This document shows, in pieces, positions 27,391 through 31,755 of a DNA stretch of 31,755 bases. Where the stretch lies: assembly GCA_964399905.1 (NCBI GenBank), contig CAYNTB010000001.1, positions 1-31,755 of the forward strand, written 5' to 3'. The position numbers and the translations under genes are program-made. This DNA comes from an uncultured Bacteroidales bacterium (GTDB taxonomy: Bacteria > Bacteroidota > Bacteroidia > Bacteroidales > GCA-2711565). Positions within the stretch are counted from its first letter, which is position 1. Every line of letters starts with the position of its first letter. The notes under the pieces are model-generated. The model was not told where the DNA came from. It searched no databases and saw nothing but the letters and a program-made list of their open reading frames with translations.

Positions 27391-29310
27391 CTACTTATAA
27401 CTTCTTTCTTTAACTTCGACGTATTCATAATTCAGAGGCTCTTTATGTAACTTCGGGGCAGCATCATCACCGGCATATTCCCAGGCAGCTACATAAGCAT
27501 AATTTTTGTCATCGCGTTTGGCTTCACCGGTTTCGGTTTGACTTTCTTCCCTGAAATGCGCTCCGCAGGATTCTTTTCTGTTTAATCCATCCGTAATGAT
27601 AAGTTTAGCGATTTCAAAGAAATCGGCTACTCTTCCGGCCCTTTCAAGTTCCTGGTTAATTTCTTCTTCGCCTCCCGGAACTTTTAATTTTTTCCAGAAT
27701 TCTTCTTTCAGTTCTTCAACCAGTTTCAGTCCTTTTTTTAAGCCTTCTTCATTTCTCGACATTCCACTGTAATCCCAAAGAATTTTTCCCAAACGCTTAT
27801 GGAATGAAGTGGCTGTTTCTGTTCCATTGATCGACAACAGTTTATCAATTTTTTCACGAACAGATTTTTCAGCTTCATCAAATTCGGGTAGTTCAGTTGA
27901 AAAGCGTGGCGTTTTGATTTCATCGGACAGATAATTGCTGATGGTATAAGGCAGAATAAATAATCCATCCCCTGCACATTGCATTAACGAACTGGCACCC
28001 AAACGGTTTGCTCCGTGATCGGAGAAATTTGATTCGCCAATCGCAAATAAGCCAGGAACCGTGGTCATCAGATCATAATCGACCCAAAGTCCGCCCATGG
28101 TATAATGTCCGGCAGGGTAAATTCTCATGGGTTCGTTATACGGATTGATTCCGGTAATTTTTTCATACATTTCGAATAGATTACCATATTTATTCTCAAT
28201 CGCTGCTTTACCTTGTTTCCCGATTGCATCTTTAAAATCAAGATTAACGGCCAATCCTGTTTCACCCACTCCATAACCTGCATCACAACGTTCTTTGGCG
28301 GCCCTCGAAGCTACATCCCTTGGAACCAAATTGCCAAATGCAGGATATCTTCTTTCCAGATAATAATCTCTTTCTTCTTCCGGAATATCATTCGGATGAC
28401 GCTTATCTCCTTGTTTTAATGGCACCCAAATCCTTCCGTCATTTCTTAACGATTCAGACATCAGCGTAAGCTTGGCCTGATAATCGTTTAATACAGGAAT
28501 ACTGGTCGGGTGAATTTGGATAAAGCTCGGGTTTGCAAAAAATGCGCCTCTTTTAAAAGCACTCCATGCAGCGCTGGCATTGGAATTAACGGCCAGGGTT
28601 GATAAATAATATACGGTTCCATAACCTCCGGTCGCCAGCACTACCGCATGGGCCGAATGTCGTTCAATTTCGCCTGTAACCAGATTACGGGCAATCACGC
28701 CCCTGGCTTTCCCATCAATGACCACAATGTCAAGGATGTCGCGGCGTGGATACATTGTAACAGTACCGGCTTTTACCTGACGGCTAAGACCTGAATAAGC
28801 ACCCAGTAAGCATTGTTGTCCTGTTTGGCCTTTTGCATAAAATGTTCTTGAAACCTGAACTCCTCCAAATGAACGGTTATCCAATGTTCCACCATATTCG
28901 CTTGCAAAAGGTACGCCCTGGGCAGTTAACTGATCGATGGTTGCATTACTCACCTCTGCTGCACGATAAACATTGGCCTCACGTGCACGGTAATCACCAC
29001 CCTTTATCATATCATAAAACAGTCGATAATCACTGTCGCCGTCGTTCTTATAATTTTTACTTGCATTAATTCCACCCTGGGCAGCAACTGAGTGAGCCCG
29101 TCTTGGCGAATCCTGAAAGCAAAAAGCTTTAACATTATATCCCATTTCTCCTAAACTGGAAGCTGCACCGGCACCAGCCAGTCCTGTTCCAACCATGATT
29201 ACATCAAGTTTTTTACGGTTGGCGGGATTCACTAATTTGGCGGTGGCTTTGTATTTTGTCCATTTTTCTGCCAACGGCCCTTCAGGTATTCTTGCATTAA
29301 GTTTTGTCAT
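27391..29310 (-). CDS. sdhA: Succinate dehydrogenase/fumarate reductase flavoprotein subunit
   Basis: GTGLAG, FAD-binding His in [27 protein letters not shown] and ANRLG active-site motifs. Confidence 0.97.
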   Translation of the reverse strand: MTKLNARIPEGPLAEKWTKYKATAKLVNPANRKKLDVIMVGTGLAGAGAASSLGEMGYNVKAFCFQDSPRRAHSVAAQGGINASKNYKNDGDSDYRLFYDMIKGGDYRAREANVYRAAEVSNATIDQLTAQGVPFASEYGGTLDNRSFGGVQVSRTFYAKGQTGQQCLLGAYSGLSRQVKAGTVTMYPRRDILDIVVIDGKARGVIARNLVTGEIERHSAHAVVLATGGYGTVYYLSTLAVNSNASAAWSAFKRGAFFANPSFIQIHPTSIPVLNDYQAKLTLMSESLRNDGRIWVPLKQGDKRHPNDIPEEERDYYLERRYPAFGNLVPRDVASRAAKERCDAGYGVGETGLAVNLDFKDAIGKQGKAAIENKYGNLFEMYEKITGINPYNEPMRIYPAGHYTMGGLWVDYDLMTTVPGLFAIGESNFSDHGANRLGASSLMQCAGDGLFILPYTISNYLSDEIKTPRFSTELPEFDEAEKSVREKIDKLLSINGTETATSFHKRLGKILWDYSGMSRNEEGLKKGLKLVEELKEEFWKKLKVPGGEEEINQELERAGRVADFFEIAKLIITDGLNRKESCGAHFREESQTETGEAKRDDKNYAYVAAWEYAGDDAAPKLHKEPLNYEYVEVKERSYK

Positions 29311-29346
29311 TGTTTTGATCTTTATATGCTAGTCAAAAAATATATC

Positions 29347-30045
29347 TTAACCTACGAACATAAAATATAATGGTATGATAATATATCCCAGCGGAATAAC
29401 CACTGAATATATCTTACCAAAGATTTTAATGGCCGGAGTGTATTTTTTATGATTGAGTCCAAGTGTTTGAAATGCAGACTGAAATGCATGGTTCAAGTGT
29501 ATTCCGAGGAAAATGAATGCCACTATGTATAAAATTGAATATACCATTTCTGTGGAAAACATATAAACTGCCAGTTCATAAAAATATTCTTCCTGTGGAA
29601 ATGGAATGTTTGCTGCTTCAGGAGCCGCTACCAAACCCAATTTTATAAAATAAAAATTATAAAAGTGGAGAATCAGGAATAAGAAGATCATTAAACCGGT
29701 ATAAATGATATACCTCGACATAAATGATGTCGTTGACTTACTACTCACTTTATACCTTTGCCCCCGTGCGGCCCAATTCTGGAGTTGCAATATAATTCCG
29801 ATACAAATATGGATCAGGAAAGCAGCCATTAACACAATTTCGAATACTTTGACGATCCAGTTTGTACCCATGAAATGTGCGGCAGCAGCGAACATTTCCT
29901 GATGTCCTTCGGTAATTGGCAATAAAAATAAATTAATTCCCAAATGAACCAGTAAGAAAATCACCAGAAAAAGGCCCGCAATGGCTGTAGTAACTTTCTT
30001 TGTAATTGATGAAAAAGTTTTTTGATTACTCATAATAATTTTCAT
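29347..30045 (-). CDS. sdhC: Succinate dehydrogenase/fumarate reductase cytochrome b subunit (single anchor, probably diheme)
   Basis: Five hydrophobic helices and four His in heme-ligand positions (LVHL, LIHI, ILHF, GIHL). Confidence 0.92.
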   Translation of the reverse strand: MKIIMSNQKTFSSITKKVTTAIAGLFLVIFLLVHLGINLFLLPITEGHQEMFAAAAHFMGTNWIVKVFEIVLMAAFLIHICIGIILQLQNWAARGQRYKVSSKSTTSFMSRYIIYTGLMIFLFLILHFYNFYFIKLGLVAAPEAANIPFPQEEYFYELAVYMFSTEMVYSILYIVAFIFLGIHLNHAFQSAFQTLGLNHKKYTPAIKIFGKIYSVVIPLGYIIIPLYFMFVG

Positions 30046-30237
30046 TTAACAGAAAAAATTCAATGTTTTTTGTTCAAAAAGTCAGGTTTGATCTCTTTGA
30101 TAGATTTTAAGCTGGCTTTTAAGGAAGCAAATTTCTATTTTTGTTGATTAAAATTCGATGAACAAATTTAATTTTTAATTTCGATTAACGATAATTTGAC
30201 TGCATATTTTTATCGGTTATAAATAAACAAAGTCTAT

Positions 30238-31533
30238 ATGAGATATTCGCCGATTAAATCAAAATTCTTTATTGAAAACAGGAAGCATTTTGCAAATAAC
30301 CTAAAGCCAAAGTCTGTGGCTATTTTTAATGCCAACGACGAATTTAACCGTAATGGCGATCAATTTTATACTTATCGGCAAAACTCCGATTTTTTCTATC
30401 TGAGTGGTATTGAGCAGGAACAAAGCTTACTGCTTATTGCTCCTCAGCATCCTGACCCCAAATTGAGAGAGGTGTTATTTTTACTCGAAACAAATGATCA
30501 GCTTGAAACATGGTTCGGGCATAAACTAAGACCCGATGAGGCCCGGAAAATTTCAGGCATTCAGAATGTAATGCCCATGAGTAGAATGGAATTGGTTTTA
30601 AATGATATCGTTCTTGCATCAGAAACCATCTATTTTAATTTTAACGAATATCCGAAATTTTCCACCGAAGTTGTATCCCGGGACCATCGCTTTGCAGAAA
30701 AAATTAAATCTAAATACGCTGCCCATAATTTTGCGCGTTCAGCCCCCATATTGGCTGAATTAAGGACCATCAAATCAGAAACAGAAATTGAATTGATACA
30801 AAAAGCCGCGGATATTACTGAAAAGGCATTTCGACGCATTCTAAAAAAAGTTAGACCGGGTATTAAAGAGTACGAAGTTCAGGCCGAAATCGAACATGAA
30901 TTTACAATCAACGGAGCCAACGGAAATGCATATCCGCCTATTATTGCCAGTGGAAAGAATGCCTGTATTTTACATTATCCTGAGAATGACAAAATTTGTC
31001 AGGATGGAGACTTGCTCCTCATGGATTTTGGAGCAGAATATGCCAATTATGCGGCTGATATGACACGAACAATCCCTGTAAACGGCAGGTTTACTCCGAG
31101 GCAACGTGAGGTATATGAAGCAGTTCTGAGGGTTCAAAAAGAAGCCATAAAAATGCTGGTTATTGGGAATACCGTCGACAAACTGAATGAAGCCGTAAAC
31201 GAGCTCATGAAAAATGAACTAGTGAACTTAGGCCTGTTAACAAAAGCAGAATATGCTGATCCTGTCAAATCGAAAAAGATATTGTTCAAATATTATATGC
31301 ATGGAACTTCACATTTTTTAGGATTGGATGTTCATGATGTAGGTTCAAAATATGAAGAAATGAAAGCAGGAATGGTATTTACCTGCGAACCAGCTTTATA
31401 CCTTAAAGAAGAAGGTTTCGGAATCCGGCTGGAAAATGATATTCTGGTTACTAAAAACGGTCCGGTAGATTTGATGAAAAACATTCCGATAGAACCGGAT
31501 GAAATAGAAGCTTTGATGAATCAAGACAAATAA
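30238..31533 (+). CDS. pepP: Xaa-Pro aminopeptidase (M24B)
   Basis: RQNSDFFYLSG, metal ligands DFGAEY..YAADMTRT, HGTSHFLGLDVHD, TCEP and RLEND. Confidence 0.93.
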   Translation: MRYSPIKSKFFIENRKHFANNLKPKSVAIFNANDEFNRNGDQFYTYRQNSDFFYLSGIEQEQSLLLIAPQHPDPKLREVLFLLETNDQLETWFGHKLRPDEARKISGIQNVMPMSRMELVLNDIVLASETIYFNFNEYPKFSTEVVSRDHRFAEKIKSKYAAHNFARSAPILAELRTIKSETEIELIQKAADITEKAFRRILKKVRPGIKEYEVQAEIEHEFTINGANGNAYPPIIASGKNACILHYPENDKICQDGDLLLMDFGAEYANYAADMTRTIPVNGRFTPRQREVYEAVLRVQKEAIKMLVIGNTVDKLNEAVNELMKNELVNLGLLTKAEYADPVKSKKILFKYYMHGTSHFLGLDVHDVGSKYEEMKAGMVFTCEPALYLKEEGFGIRLENDILVTKNGPVDLMKNIPIEPDEIEALMNQDK

Positions 31534-31657
31534 CAAAAAACAAGCACCAAATGATAAATAAATTCCAAAAATCAATTTTCAAATCTCAAAAATGGTTTCT
31601 TTTAAACATTGGGACTTGAGATTTATTTGTTATTTGTAATTTGAAGCTTGAAATTTA
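31527..31657. repeat. Heptamer-periodic inverted repeat (CAAnnnn / nnnnTTG units) between two aminopeptidase genes
   Basis: CAA/TAA at 31527, 34, 41, 48, 55, then 31559, 66, 73, 80, 87. TTG/TTA at 31609, 16, 23, then 31627, 34, 41, 48, 55. Both arms have period 7 and the same 4-nt phase shift. Confidence 0.85.
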
Positions 31658-31700
31658 ATAGAGACATAAAACAATCATTAAAAATCTAAAATAACACAAT

Positions 31701-31755
31701 ATGTTTAAAAAAGAAGTTTATATCGACCGCCGAAATCGATTGAGAAAAGAAATGA
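31701..31755 (+). CDS. 5' end (partial) of a second aminopeptidase P family gene
   Basis: MFKKEVYIDRRNRLRKEM runs off the window. It resembles the typical MF...Y..RR..L N-terminus of Bacteroidota M24B peptidases. Only 18 residues are visible. Confidence 0.55.
   Translation, partial: MFKKEVYIDRRNRLRKEM

Noticed and set aside
741-30839. The many 60-120 aa alternative-frame or antisense ORFs in the track (e.g. 5387-5632, 5645-6007, 7711-8016, 14966-15274, 20396-20722, 26517-26837, 26684-27049)
   Set aside because: All lie within long motif-supported genes on another frame or strand and show no recognisable motifs. They are expected shadow ORFs.
31527-31657. Periodic intergenic repeats as a CRISPR array or MITE
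   Set aside because: There are no 23-47 nt identical repeats with unique spacers, no cas genes, and no clean terminal inverted repeats with a target-site duplication.

Overview
A 31.8-kb AT-rich core-genome segment from a Bacteroidota bacterium, probably Bacteroidales-like. The taxonomy is inferred from TAnnTTTG promoters, the holB-ricT-gldH-PBP1A synteny and a three-subunit sdh/frd. From left to right it carries: the end of an outer-membrane beta-barrel gene; an LpxR-family gene; a soluble hybrid histidine kinase; a group 1d-type, six-cysteine (O2-tolerant signature) [NiFe]-hydrogenase hyaABC with scattered hypC/hypA/hyaD and a sensor-less sigma54-type activator; metH-metF under a SAM-I riboswitch; a phosphopantetheinyl transferase; ahcY; two lipoproteins; a GAF-like/nucleotidyltransferase gene translationally coupled to a metallophosphoesterase; PBP1A, gldH, ricT and holB; sdhCAB/frdCAB; and two tandem Xaa-Pro aminopeptidases. 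I found no rRNA, tRNA, CRISPR array, transposase or prophage genes. The most interesting signals, several absent from the ORF track, are five. (1) A sensor-NTase plus phosphoesterase candidate writer/eraser pair. (2) A Met-rich 11-codon leader ORF between the SAM-I aptamer and metH. (3) An apparent hydrogenase enhancer: tandem palindromes plus a -24/-12-like box that is one base short. (4) A hidden 68-codon OB-fold-like gene with one in-frame TAA in front of hyaA. (5) Two heptamer-periodic inverted-repeat elements between co-oriented genes. All functional interpretations are motif-based and were made without database searches.
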